This document shows, one piece after another, positions 48,800-61,900 of a stretch of 64,000 nt of DNA. The stretch spans positions 37,076,001-37,140,000 of the forward strand of contig NC_134475.1 of NCBI RefSeq assembly GCF_964194025.1, written 5' to 3'. The position numbers and the translations under genes were made by a program. Position 1 is the first letter of the stretch; each line of letters opens with the position of its first letter. The notes beneath the pieces are model-generated. The model saw only the letters and a program-made list of their open reading frames with translations, was not told the DNA's origin and did no database searches. The DNA is from Convolutriloba macropyga. Lineage: Eukaryota.

Positions 48800-51700
48800 C
48801 TGAATCTTGATATCTTTCCCAAAAAGCAATCTCAGGATAGATGCAGAGAAGTAATTGTCAATTAAAGCTTAAATTAATTAACTAAAACGAACGTTTTCGA
48901 ACATTGCATTCATCGTCAGGTTTAAAAATTGAATGAAATCATTTACAAAGTATATAAATTTGTCTTTGACTATAATTCTAAGAAATGAGTTAAGATAACA
49001 TCAAATTTTTGAAATTATTTACAGTTAAAATCACATTTACATTTTATTTACACTTTTTACACTAAAATCAATTCATTTTTTATTCCAGATGTTATGAAAA
49101 TCCCGGGTATAATGCTTTCTATTCCTGAAAAAGGGATTTTACTTTCATTCCTATCTGTTTTTATTTTTTTACTTTTTGGGGTTGACAAAATTTCGAATTA
49201 ACATGTACCAGAATATTTTTTGGATTTCAAAAGTCAAATTTTTGTATTTGAACTAGCACTTCAATGTCAATTCCCACCCCCGATACCCATCGCGCGTATT
49301 TAATTGCGGTTTCAGTTTTTTGATGTAGATCGCTTCTATCGTCATTAGTTTTTCAGCCCCGCGACATGCATCAAGAATCTCCCATTTTACGTTATGCGTT
49401 GTACCACAACATTCAACAAGGTGTTGTCCAACAGCGGAATCCTTCTTTTGATGCTCTGAAATTCTAGTGGTAACATGTCGGCTGGTTTGGCCAACATAGA
49501 TGGAACTGCATCCATTACATGTAACTTTATATACCACATGGGATTTCAGATTCTTATCAAAAGGTGATTTCAGGGTGGGCAAGCAAGATCTTAGCTTTCT
49601 TGTTGTGAAAATGATTTAAATATCACACAATTTTTTCAGTCTACTTGCAAAATTTTGCGTGATATTTCCTCTGTATTGAACAAAAAACCAAGGTTAAGGC
49701 TCCCTATTGTTAAAACTTTTAACTTTTTTATGATGTTGATCATTTTGGGGTTGTTTTGCTGTGACCTTTTCCTTCGTGAATATTTCATCCAACGTCTCAT
49801 TAACAATACTGGAGGACCACTCCGTTGGGTATTGATTTTCAGTCCAGATCTCTTGATTTTTCTTAAGAGCTACATCAAAGGATTGCCAGTCACTGGTCGC
49901 ATTAAAAATCCTATGCACAGTCCCTTGAATCACACATCTCTTATGTTGCAACGGTGCACAGCTACGTAAATTTAGGATTATGCCGGTATCGGTTGATTTT
50001 TGATACCAATAACAGCTTATTTTTCTATCTTCGTTTAGGTTTATGTTTAGATCTAGGAATGCCAGGTCTCCACTTCCGTTTGGTGTCTCAAAAGTGAATT
50101 GTAAGTTCTTGTGAAGAGAATTTGCATACTCAAGGTAATCTAGAGGGTTCCTCTTTACCATGCACACTATGTCATCCACATACCTCTTGAATAACTTCAA
50201 TTCCAGTGTGTCCTCTTTTCTACCTTTTTCTGCACAATAGGAACAGATCCAAACAATGTCCTGCATGGTCTGATATTCTGTGTCTGTGATACTTTGGCAT
50301 TTTGCATTAAACCAGTTTTTGCATGATTTGCACTCGACTCCTTTCCCTCGGAAAGTAACGCGTCCGTTACAGTCAATGCATACAACCTTTGTGTCAGGAG
50401 TTTTGATCTCCCCTCCCCTTTTTTGGTTTCTGCAAAAATTTTTCACAGGATTTCATCCACAAATTTGCCAAAATTACCGCCAGAGAAGCACCCATTGCTA
50501 AACCGTTCAATTGAGTGCACCACATTTTTTATTACACTTACAGTGAATATTCATTACGGCTAGTCTCAAAAGGCTCTTCATAGCTGACCTCGGAATCTCA
50601 GGTACCTCGTCACTGGAGTACAGTTTTTAAGCGCAATTTCAATTGCCTCCTCAACCGTTACATTGGTGTACAAGCTTTTTACATCGAGAGATCCCATTAG
50701 CTCATCTTCATCCAATTTGGTAGCCTCTAGAGCTGCTCTGGCGTCTTTCGAGTTAGTCTCAATATTTGCACCTGGTAACTTCCAAAAAAAGGGAGAGAAA
50801 AATTTATTGAGGTTCTCGTAACTGCTACCGGGTACTGACAGAACAGGTCCAAGCGGCGTACCAATTTTATGTACCTTGGCAAGTCCATAAAGCGTGGCCG
50901 GTTGCAATCCAGTTGTCCTGAGCCTGTGATAAATCTTTTCACTTATCTTTCCCTGTTTCATTAAGTGATCCAAACTGCTATTTATCAGTTTATCCGTTCT
51001 TATTGTTAGATCATCACTTTCTCCATTACGAGGCTCAAACTGACTGGAGCTCAGGATTTCATTTAGCTTATCCGAGTATGTTGTCTGTTTCATAACACTA
51101 AAACCGCAACCTTTATGAAAAGGTACAGCTAGAAGTTTTTGATCTTTCAAAAAATCATTAGCTTTTTTAACCCCTCTATCCATTGGTGTCTCACGTACAT
51201 TCTTGGCGTACCATTTGGCAGACGATTCTATTTCACATAACTTTTCACCATCAGTGTTGTTCTCCCTTAACTCACGAACTAATCTGTCTACATCCGCAAG
51301 GAAGTGCACTTCATTAAATTTGTCCCTGACTGGATGCTTTGGACCTAACGATAAAACGTCCAGGACAAATTTCGGCAGTTCAACACCGTCCAGTGTAACA
51401 ACACTATTATGAGATCCATTCCGCAAAGGCCTGTCTTGTCTCTCAGACAGCTTCACTAACTTGTCATTAAGTCTTTTACGAATCAATTCGGAATGATCTC
51501 TCATTTCCTTTCTAATGCTGTACACAATTGAAAGTAATAGTTCTTTTTTCACCTCTTTCCTGAGAATGCCCCTATCCTCTCCAAGTTTTTCCTCGAACAA
51601 TCTACGGCCTTGTTCCGCACGACTTATTTCTTTCCTTAAGAGCTTAAGCTGAAAGCTGTGCACCGCTTGATCTGAAAAAACTTCGTTTTTGGGAATTCGG

Positions 51701-51960
51701 AACCTCAATAAATCCGGAATGATATTGTTATTACAGTTTTTCAAAAAATCTAATCGATATTTACAGTTTAACAGTTTATTTGAAGATTTTACATAGTTTA
51801 GGAATTGTTTTAGGGAGTTGGTGTGCCTGAGAATGTATCTGAGCCATGGTTGTGGTAGAATGTCACACATCACGCAAGCTCGCTCAAGGACAGCTGGCAA
51901 TGAAGCCCTATTGTTCAGGAGCTACACTCTTGTTTTGTGACCTTTCTGACAGTCTTAGCT
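48800..51960 (-). mobile_element. Penelope-like retroelement (RT + GIY-YIG), frameshifted; ends approximate
   Basis: LYGLAKVHK, SLDVKSLYTNV, GLAMGASLAVILANLWM, RYVDDI, FLDL, WYQKST; GIY-YIG VVYKVTCNGCSSIYVGQTSR...RISEH at 49253-49582. Confidence 0.93.
48878..48925 (-). ncRNA. Minimal hammerhead-ribozyme-like motif in the Penelope 3' region
   Basis: Minus strand AAC-CTGACGA-tGAAtgcaatgTTC-GAAA-ACGTTcg...GTT: both core boxes, short stem II, palindromic AACGTT; stem III/I pairing imperfect. Confidence 0.45.
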
Positions 51961-52519
51961 TTGCTCTCGCCTTCCTCTGTCGTTTTCCGAGATTCTTCCC
52001 TTTTCTTTTTTGAGCAGAGCTTTCAGTTTTCCTTGATAGCGCAGGACAATGTCCAAATGATTTGATCTCACGTACCTGTTACTGGTGGAGCACTCTGTAT
52101 TCTCCCAGCTGTTTTTCCCCTTCCGTTTCGATATCAGGTGCTTTGTCACCCTCAGAACCAGTATCCCAGTGCTCAACAACTCTTTGAAAATATCAGGGGT
52201 TCCCGTGCGCTGACAGTATACCAGCGCTTTAAACTTGTTGATATTCGTGGTCAAGTAATTTGTTTGCTCTTGTACACTACTTGGTCTGTAGTTATTCGAT
52301 TTGTGGCTTGAGATACTGTTGTTTATTAGATAAAGCCACACAACAATGTTGGTCCTTGTGCTCAATCTGCCCTTGACCAGAAGATTCTGTGCGTTTTTCA
52401 ACCGATTCTTTGTATTGGGGTTGAAAGAAAGTCCAGGTACTTTTATTATGAAACCAATCTCAAGATAGTTGCCCAGGATGTTTACCATTTGATGAGACCA
52501 ACTGAGTACAAATGTGGTC

Positions 52520-55500
52520 AAAGAAACAAACCTTGGGCAGCCAGAACAGGCTTAGTTTTGACGCTCAGCGGTAAAATGCCAAAAAAAATTTGCAACCACA
52601 ATTAGTGCTACAACAGTTTTCGCAAGCTGATGAAATGTTTATAGAGCACGTCAAAAAATGGTGGGAAATGAAAGCCTGTGCTTCAAATTGTAAAAGATCA
52701 GATAGCTCAAAGGACGACAACGAAGCTACAAAGAACAGCAACCTTCGACGGTGAGCCTTACGAAGTTGGTATGTTATGGAACGATAATGCGAGTCATTTG
52801 CCTAATATTTTTTTCTCAGCAATGGGTCAGTTTAAATCACTAGAAAAGGGATTTGAAAAAGACCTAGAGTTGAACGACAGATACGAGGAGACAATCAAGA
52901 CCGATCATGCAAAAGGATTTGTCAGAGAACTCGCACTAGTAGAAATAGAAAGTACGGCCAAGTGTCCCCAGTGGTACTTGCCACACCATCCAGCAGCAAA
53001 GCCTCACAAGCCGAAAAAAGTGAGAAGGGTTTGCAATGCTGCTGCCAAGTATACTGGAATTTCATTGAATGACAAATTAATGCCAGGTCCTGATCTTTTG
53101 AACAGCTTACTCGGAATAAAATTCAGATTTCGAGAAAGTTTCATCGCGATGACAATGGATATCGAGTTCAAGTTTCTCCAGGTGGCTGTTGCAAAAGACG
53201 AATGCAAATTCATCAAATTTCACAGGCAACCTAACCCAACTCAAACAGTTGATGTGTATGAGTATAAGAGACATGTTTTTGGGGCAAGAAGTTCTCCTAC
53301 TTGTGTGAAATATGCACTACGAAAGGCAGCAGAAGATAGCAAAAATCATTACCCAAAAGCGTTAGAATTTGAACGAAGTAATTTTTAAATGGACGACTTC
53401 ATTATGTCCGTGCCGTCTGAGCCAGAAGCTATAAGTGTTTTTGAGGAAATAATTAGTTGCCTCAAAGAAAAAGGATTCGAATTTAAGAAATGGATTTGTA
53501 TTCCTAAGCGTATTATGAGTCAAATCCCGATAAAACTTCAATCAGACGCAATAATAAAAAACAATTGAGCTAAAACCTCTCAATTCGCCAACCTTGGTAC
53601 TGAAATGGAATGTGGAGAGCGTTTCGCTGGAAATTTCCAGAGGGCAACAAAAAGAAATCCCAGCAGTTTTTGATCAACTAGGTTTGTTTGCACCTTATAC
53701 AATGGGAATTAGGATTCTTCTCAAGACAGTTTGCAAGCAAGCAGGACAAGAGTGGGAAAAATTTTGCAAGACGAAGATGTTGTAGTTTTGATGCATGGGC
53801 AGAAGAACTGAACCTAGTCAAAGAGTTTTCTTTACGGCGTCAGTAATTCGCCAAGAGCTGTTCAAATTATGAATTACACGTGTTCGCTGACGCCTCGCTC
53901 GACGTAATGTGCATGGTTGCCTACCTTTGAAACCAAAATGACATCGACAATTAGTTGTCTTTTGTCATCGGAAAACGCGGCCCCGATGAAACAACTGTCT
54001 ATTCCTAGACTTGAGCTTCAAGCAGCTCTGTATGCAGTGCGCTTAAGGCACCTTATCAGTTCTAACCATGACATGAGGACTGAAACTCTCTATAACTGGA
54101 CAGACTCAGTAACAGTGCTTCATTGGTAACATGCAGCAAATAAGAAGCAAACAGTTTTTGTTGCAAATTGTGATGCCGAAATACTGGAAACGTCAACAAT
54201 TGAGTGGAAATCCGTAAATGGAAAATTAAACCCTGCAGATAGCTGCAAACGTGGGACAACGGTCAATGGATTACTGTGCCGACTTGATTGAAGTCAGATA
54301 GCTCAGATTGGCCAGTACAACCAGAAGTTGTCGAGCCTGGAGAAAACGAAACAGAAGAAGCCTCTCTGTCGGCAGAGTCGAATCCGCACAGTAGCAGCAT
54401 ACTCGACTGGTCACGATACAGCAAATTCAATCAGTTAATAAATTTAATTGAAAAAAGTTTACGGTTTAGCAAACTAAGCGTTTGACTCTGTCTGATCAGC
54501 ATAGGTTGGCGGAAAAAAAGTTTTTAAAATGATACAAACAGACGCTTTTCAGTCCGAACAAGCGATAAATCAAACAGTAGTGCCAAACTCCAAATTAAAA
54601 AAATCAGCGCCGTTCATAGGCAGTGAGGGTTTAATGCGAGCCAAAGGCAGGTCCAAGCAATCAGAATTACCTTTTGACCAAAAACACCCAATTAGCTTGC
54701 CGTTTAATCACATAGCAGTTCAACTGTTTGTTGAACAAGAACATAAAGCGAATAATCACGAAGGCATTGAGTACGTAAGAAGTGTGATTCAACAGAAAAA
54801 CTGGGTTATTGGCCTAAAATATCTGTTACAAAGAAATAAGTTAAATTGTGATCTATGTCGAAAACGAGACATAGGAATTTTTCAACCTCAGATGGCAGAT
54901 TTACCTATTGAGCGAACTTTGAGCCATATTTATCCATTTGAGAACACAGGCGTTGATTATTTTGGGCCTCTGGAAATGAAGTTACTTCGAAGGAGTCTCA
55001 AGAGATAGGTATGTTTGTTCAGCAGTTTATCTCCTAGAGCAATACATTTAGAGGTTGCTCACTCTCGATACTGAATCGTGCCTGGCAGCAATTAATAGAT
55101 TCATTGCAAGACGCGGCAAGCCAAACACGCGTGATTAGAGACAATGACAGTATTTTTCTTGGGTCGGCTACAGAACTAAAGGAGCAATTAGCGTCGTGGA
55201 ATAAACGAATGATTGAAGAAAAATTAGCCCTCAAAGACATAACATGGAAATTGAATCCACCTGCAGCCCCTCACTTTGGTGGTGCATGAGAATGTTCGGT
55301 TAAATGTTGCAAGCTAGCCATGTTTGCAATTCTTGAAGGCAGATCGTTAACGGACGAAATCTTGAGTACAACAATGTGTCTAGTCGAACAGACATTAAAC
55401 GCCCGTCCTTTAACGCCTGTGAGTGATGATCCAAACGACTTGGAAGCACTTACTTCAAATCATTTTCTCTTGGGTCGATCAAACATTGCTATTCTTTGCT

Positions 55501-55870
55501 TAACATCAGCGGAATGCTACACTGATTTACGCAGAAACCTCCGAACAGCTCAAGCTTACAGTAATATGATATATGATTTGGCAACGCTGGATGAAAGAAC
55601 ATTTAGCTCAGAAACAAACGCGAAACAAATGGAGTAAAAATTAGCAACCAACTTTGTCAGTGGGTGAGGTATTATGGATGGTGGAGGAGGATACCAAGAA
55701 AAGTGATTACCAAATGGCGCGCGTTGTAGAAATACATCCAGGAAAAGATGACATTTTACGTTCAGTCACTGTGAAAACTGCGAAAACAACTTATAAACGG
55801 CCCGTTGTTAAATTAGCGCCAATTCTGTCGAAAGATGGTTTTTGAGCCAAGCCCTAAACAGGGACAGCCA
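52520..55870 (+). mobile_element. Decayed BEL/Pao LTR retrotransposon (RT, RNase H, integrase; 5'-truncated)
   Basis: YLPHHP, SLND.LMPGPDLLNSL, RHVFGARSSPTC, LHVFADAS, IPRLELQAAL, WTDS, TGVDYFGP, NPPAAPHFGG, NARPL, RSVTVKT; multiple stops and frameshifts. Confidence 0.93.
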
Positions 55871-58464
55871 TTTTGGCGCTCATGATTAAAGGAGGAAAAC
55901 CATAAGCTTGTGAGCTTTTGAAACATTAATTTTAAAAAATTTAGTTTTTGTGTTATTTTAAGTCCCCCCTGTTTATTTCTCATTCATTGCAGTTTCTTGA
56001 GTTTTGTATCGTTGTATAGCATGGAATATTGCCTCCACGCTGATTTTTCTTGTTCATCAAATTTAATATTGGTTATCGAGATAATCATATTTCTCTTTAA
56101 AAAATTTATATGACACATTTGAGATAACTTAAGTTCATAAAGTCTGTTAAGTTTATATTTCCAAATGTCAAGCAGTAAAAAAATTATCTGAAATCAACGG
56201 ATGCTAATAAAGAGCAATATCAATTTATATAAAGATTCCTTATATTAAGATTCCTTATAAAGATATACTTATATGGTACCCGTATAGCCTTATAATAGCA
56301 AATATTTGTGTAAACTTGTTTAGAGCTTACTCTCAACTGTTGTAGAGAAAGGTTGCTTGAAGTTTTCAATAGATTCTACTCCAGTTTTTCCATTTCTTGA
56401 GCCTAGCATTAGCTCATAGAATTTAACACAGTTAATAAAACTTTGAAAGATTGAACCAAAAATTCTTCAGGTTAAAATTTTGTTTGCGTTCCCCATTTTT
56501 AGTTAGGAAGTTTTTTCTAACAAAACTCTGTTACGATTGATTGATAAGACCCTTACAAAGGACTGTACTTCGAGAAAATTTCAGATTTCATTTCATAGTT
56601 TGAGAAATAACAGGAAATAGTGGACGACCAGGTCCGGTTTAAAGGGTCGATAAATAATAGTTATTGATCAGCCGTTACATTAATTGTCATAATCGACCGG
56701 CATGCGGGGAAGATCGGTGGAAGGGGCCTCACTACTATCCACTAAAAACTACAATATAATGGCACATTAAAGGATTTTAATCAAATATTAAACCGAAGTT
56801 TGAATGGTTCTAATATCCTGCATTTGATGTCTGGGAGGGTACACCCCGGAGACAAGAATTTTCGAATCGTATTTCGACAACTTCACTCCGGGCATGATTC
56901 GATGAATTTAAACGTTACTGCAATAACGCTTTTAATACTAAATTCTCATTAATTTATTTTGAAATTTTTTTCGGCTATACTTTTGACGTCTTGCCGACTA
57001 TTTTTGACGTTGTTTAGGACCGTTTTTTGACTGCCAAGAATTTGAATCAAAATTTCAAGCCTTGACCAAGACATGCTCAAGACTGATAGGTGGGAAAAGT
57101 GACATGATCATAGCTCTGATCATAGCTAATTGCAAGTCTAATATCAGTACTGATTCAGAGCTATCATCATGTGACTTGCCAAGTACTGATATTGACTTGC
57201 CGTTGGGTCCGGGTAGCAGATTGCTTTTAAATTGAAGCGTAAAAATGGCGCAACCGAATTATTCTACTAAATAATAAACTTACCGTTTTCAACTCTCTCT
57301 CGTTTATTCGACGACGAATGTTAAATTTTGTAACTGATTGGTTTCGATAATATGGCTTCAAATTACAATCAAAGAATATGAATTTGCTGCTTAAAAGCTT
57401 CACAAGTAGTTGTATCTATATGCAATATCATGTTATCTAAGCTTAGATTATTCGCAGTGTAGTACGTACAGCTTTACAAATCTGCCAAAAAGCTTTGCCA
57501 AAGAGCAAAAAAGAGCAACAAGCATTTGTTTTGCATATTTCTGAGAAATACTGCTTACATGTATTCTTAAATGCTTTCAAATTGAGCAGTTAGATGCGCT
57601 GTTCATTTGTAATGCGCATATATTATTCCTGCTTTTTTCTGGGGCGTCTTACAAAAATAGCACAATATGTAAAAAGATCTTTTCTGTTATTGTAAATGCC
57701 GTGTTTAATAGAAACGGCTGCAATAATGACGCGCAGTAAACTTTTGAAAATAGGGTATAAACGTTAATTAAACTTTAACAGACAAAGAATAATGCGTGTT
57801 TCAAGTTTTTATTGGAGCTTATCTTTCATAGGAATAGCTTTATGACACTGATCCTTCTTTGATACCCGCGGAAACGAAATACGTCCAATCGTCAACCGGT
57901 GCCGGAATTATTATCACTAAAGGACTTATTGTTTTTAAGGACCCAAAAGTACATATCGTTCATCTTAAGGTTGCCGTAAGGATTTAACCTTCGATCAGAA
58001 AATGGCATTTAACTTTCCGTGCAAGAAATAATTTTGGTGAGGTGGTGGAAACATGAATTGAAAATTAGAGTCTGGGGGGGGGGGGGGGGTGTGTAACCCT
58101 CCAAGACGATAATTCCATGGTCTGGATCGTACTTTTTGTCGCACAAATTCAAATCATATTTGCGTTATTTCGAATCTTAAGCTGACACTTTCGGACAGTA
58201 TCGCTCTAATTCGATTGATAGATTGATAGAACCCGCAGTTTCTAACAATCGACTTAATTTTCAGGCAGTGCCCCCCCCCCTTGGTACCAACTATAGAAGT
58301 GCCCTCTTTTGGTGTGCTAGGTTACGACAATACTACTTGGATAAAAATTTGATCACCTACCCAGTGAGGCCTCTTTTAAAATGAATTATGAAAATACCCA
58401 CCCACGCAATATTTGCTTATCAAAATACCCAGGTAGACCAACATCACCTATAAACCAGACTTTG

Positions 58465-58917
58465 GGTGGCGGTCAAGCAAGCCGATAGGTAAGCAAGCCA
58501 AATTTTGAAAATCAGGTCAATTAAGCCGAAAAATTTTGAGATTTAAGCCGAAAAATTTTGAGAAAATTAAGCCGCAAAATTACGGCCTAATTGACCTGAT
58601 TCTCTCTTGGGCGCGCTTCGCGGGCGTCGCGGCTTTGCCGCGATAACCGGCCCGCGGTTTCCGGATTATATACCACAGCGGATGAGAGGCATGGCCATGG
58701 ACAGCGGTCCGCTGAAGCCCGTAACCCCTAGAGGTCTGAAAATTGACGTATTTTTGTTTCTTTGGTGCATTGGAATACATTATGCTGTGTAATACTGCGC
58801 CTTGTTGATTGTAACGGTTAACAATGTATTATTTCTGATAGATTAGATAACTATTACATAACTTTCGGCTTGCTTTAATGTCGGCTTACTTTTCCTTCGG
58901 CTTGCTTTGCGTTCACC
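58465..58917. mobile_element. MITE with 9-bp TSD (Mutator/Merlin-like)
   Basis: CAGACTTTG at 58456-58464 and 58918-58926; imperfect TIR GGTG.....AAGCAAGCCGA; internal AAGCCG/CGGCTT repeats. Confidence 0.8.
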
Positions 58918-61900
58918 CAGACTTTGGCGCGTTCAAATTTTCGGCTCGTTCATGTGCTCGTTCAAAAATCCTTTTACTTTAAGACCGATCTTTAAAACAG
59001 TCCATGATGTGAACTTTAAAATATTTTTCTCAATTGATCAGGCTGTCGATTGAATTTGTTTTTTGCCCTCTATTTTCATGAGTTAACTCAATTATTGTAC
59101 TTCTCTGATTATAGAATTATAGAAAACGTTCTTTGTATTTAGAAAACATTCAGTCTGTCTTATTACTGTTCAGTTGGGTCCAGGCAGCTCAAAGCAATAA
59201 AACAAGAAACAACAGCGTCTGTAATCTGATAAGCAAAAATAGTCCGTTATTTGAGGGATTTTGAATTGAGCAATATTGAATTTTTTTGAATCGCGGTTCA
59301 GACTCTCGCCTTTCAGACTTTCAGTCTTTTTCAGATAAAGCATTCGAAGTATAATTCTTATCTACTCTGATGAAACTGTGATTATCAATTTTGTTAAATT
59401 ACAACAACTAACAGTTCCAATTTTTTGAGATTCGTAATCGTGCTGCTGATGTTACTGATGACACCAGAGAAATTCAAAAACCTTTCAGTCGACCAAGAAG
59501 ATGAGTACTATTTCATCATATACAAATTATTCAGTTCTTTTGGTAACGATGATACAGTCCCGTGTTCAGGAATTTTACTTTTCAGTTGTAAGAAATCTTC
59601 CGTTTTTAATCGTTTTCATTAGACAAAAACCATCAAAGCCCTTACGTGGTAACCGTCGTTTTGTTCGTTATTTTTTGTCATTTTTATGTAGGAAATGATC
59701 GTTTTTTCAAAAAACGACTAAAAAATGTACTCACAGCGTGGATTCGAACCATTGAACTCCCGATACATTACCTGATGCTTTGACCACTGCTCTATCAGGT
59801 CGTAATACAATTATGCCAAAACGATCTAATAGAGAAAAACTAGTCCAAGAGCAATTAAACGACGAAAAAACGATCAAAAAACGACGATTTCTTTTGAAAA
59901 AAAAACGACGTAAGAAACGACAAAAAAACGACAAAAAACAATTAAAAACGATTTCATTTGACAAAACGACGCACGAAACGACAGAAGAACGACGAAGAAA
60001 CAATCATTTCTTACACTTAAAAGACGACTTAAACGACGGATAGAAATGAAAACGAAGAAAACGACGAAAACTACAATTTATTACACAATATTGTCGCTTT
60101 TTCGTCGTTGTCTTCAACACGGGGCAACAGGGAGGGGGAATTCAGGGTAGCGCCAAGCTGGCCTATAGGATCCTGTCACAATCCAACCAAAAAACGTTCC
60201 TGACGGTACTAACAACTTAATTGTTCGCCCGGATATCAATATCAGGACTCCCAAATGACATCATGATTCACTCATGCAGATTCGCCATTACTGGCGATAA
60301 AATGGAAGCGATCAGAAAATACAAGGAGGTACACTTGCGACCAGTAACCTTACAAGAAGGCATCATTTCACTAACAAGGGAGCTTTATAAACCTAACAAG
60401 TGATCAGCTTGTACGAACCAAAAATCAGGTGGAACGCTACTCATTGTGAGAAAAAGTTAAATATGAAACTCTGGAGAAGATCTTAATTATCTTAGGCCGT
60501 CTCATTTGAAAAAAATGTGTCGAGTTCAATTCTACAGCTAAGTAGCAACAACGATTTATTATTGGTCCAGCCTACAAATAACCATAATAGTACCAAAACT
60601 TGTTCATTAGTGATCTACTTAAAAGAATTGACCGCGTATCCTGCGTTGGCGTGAAGTAATTCTTTTAGGTGATATCATTTGCAGAATAAAAAGGGAACAA
60701 AAAGCTGTAGGGATTGTTCCGTACGCATTAGATATTAGTAACAAAAAAATCAACTAGAAAACTAACAATGTATTATTTCTGATAGATTTGATAATTATTA
60801 CATAACTTTCGGCATGCTTTTATGTCGGCTTACTTTTCCTTCGGCTTGCTTTGCGTTCACCCAGACTTTGGCGCGTTCAAATTTTCGGCTCGTTTATGTG
60901 CTCGATCAAAAATCCTTTTACTTTAAGACCGATCTTTAAAACAGTCCATGATGTGAACTTTAAAATATTTTTCTCAATTGATCAGGCTGTCGATTGAACT
61001 TGTTTTTGCCCTCTATTTTCATGAGTTAACTCAATTTTTGTACTTCTCTGATTATAGAATTATAGAAAACGTTCTTTGTATTTAGAAAACATTCAGTCTG
61101 TCTTATTACTGTTCAGTTGGGTCCAGGCAGCTCAAAGCAATAAAACAAGAAACAACAGCGTCTGTAATCTGATAAGCAAAAATAGTCCGTTATTTGAGGG
61201 ATTATGAATTGAGCAATATTGAATTTTTTTGAATCGCGGTTCAGAATCTCGCCTTTCAGACTTTCAGTCTTTTTCAGATAAAGCAATCGAAGTATAATTC
61301 TTATCTACTCTGATGAAACTGTGATTATCAATTTTGTTAAATTACAACAACTAACAGTTCCAATTTTTTGAGATTCGTAATCGTGCTGCTGATGTTACTG
61401 ATGACACCAGAGAAATTCAAAAACCTTTCAGTCGACCAAGAAGATCAGTACTATTTCATCATATACAAATTATTCAGTTCATTTGGTAACGATGATACAG
61501 TCCCGTGTTGAGGAATTTTACTTTTCAGTTGTAAGAAATCGTCCGTTTTTAATCGTTTTCATTAGACAAAAACCATCAAAGCCCTTACGTGGTAACCGTC
61601 GTTTTGTTCGTTATTTTTTGTCATTTTTATGTAGGAAATGATCGTTTTTTCAAAAAACGACTAAAAAATGTACTCACAGCGTGGATTCGAACCATTGAAC
61701 TCCCGATACATTACCTGATGCTTTGACCACTGCTCTATCAGGTCGTAATACAATTATGCCAAAACGATCTAATAGAGAAAAACTAGTCCAAGAGCAATTA
61801 AACGACGAAAAAACGATCAAAAAACGACGATTTCTTTTGAAAAAAAAACAACGTAAGAAACGACAAAAAAACGACGAAAAAACTATTAAAAAACGATTTC

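Noticed and set aside
51955-52521. 188-aa ORF between Penelope and BEL
   Set aside because: Non-ATG start and no recognisable domain; may be Penelope 5' extension or another decayed fragment.
58073-58280. G16 and C-run tracts as G-quadruplex regulator or MITE ends
   Set aside because: No TIR/TSD could be defined and no functional context.
59731-60043. Lys/Arg-rich ORFs (also 61723-61968)
   Set aside because: Translation of (AAACGA)n MITE interior.
60180-60760. APE endonuclease remnant (SGGTLLIV, ILLGD)
   Set aside because: Suggestive of a LINE fragment but too short and broken to call.
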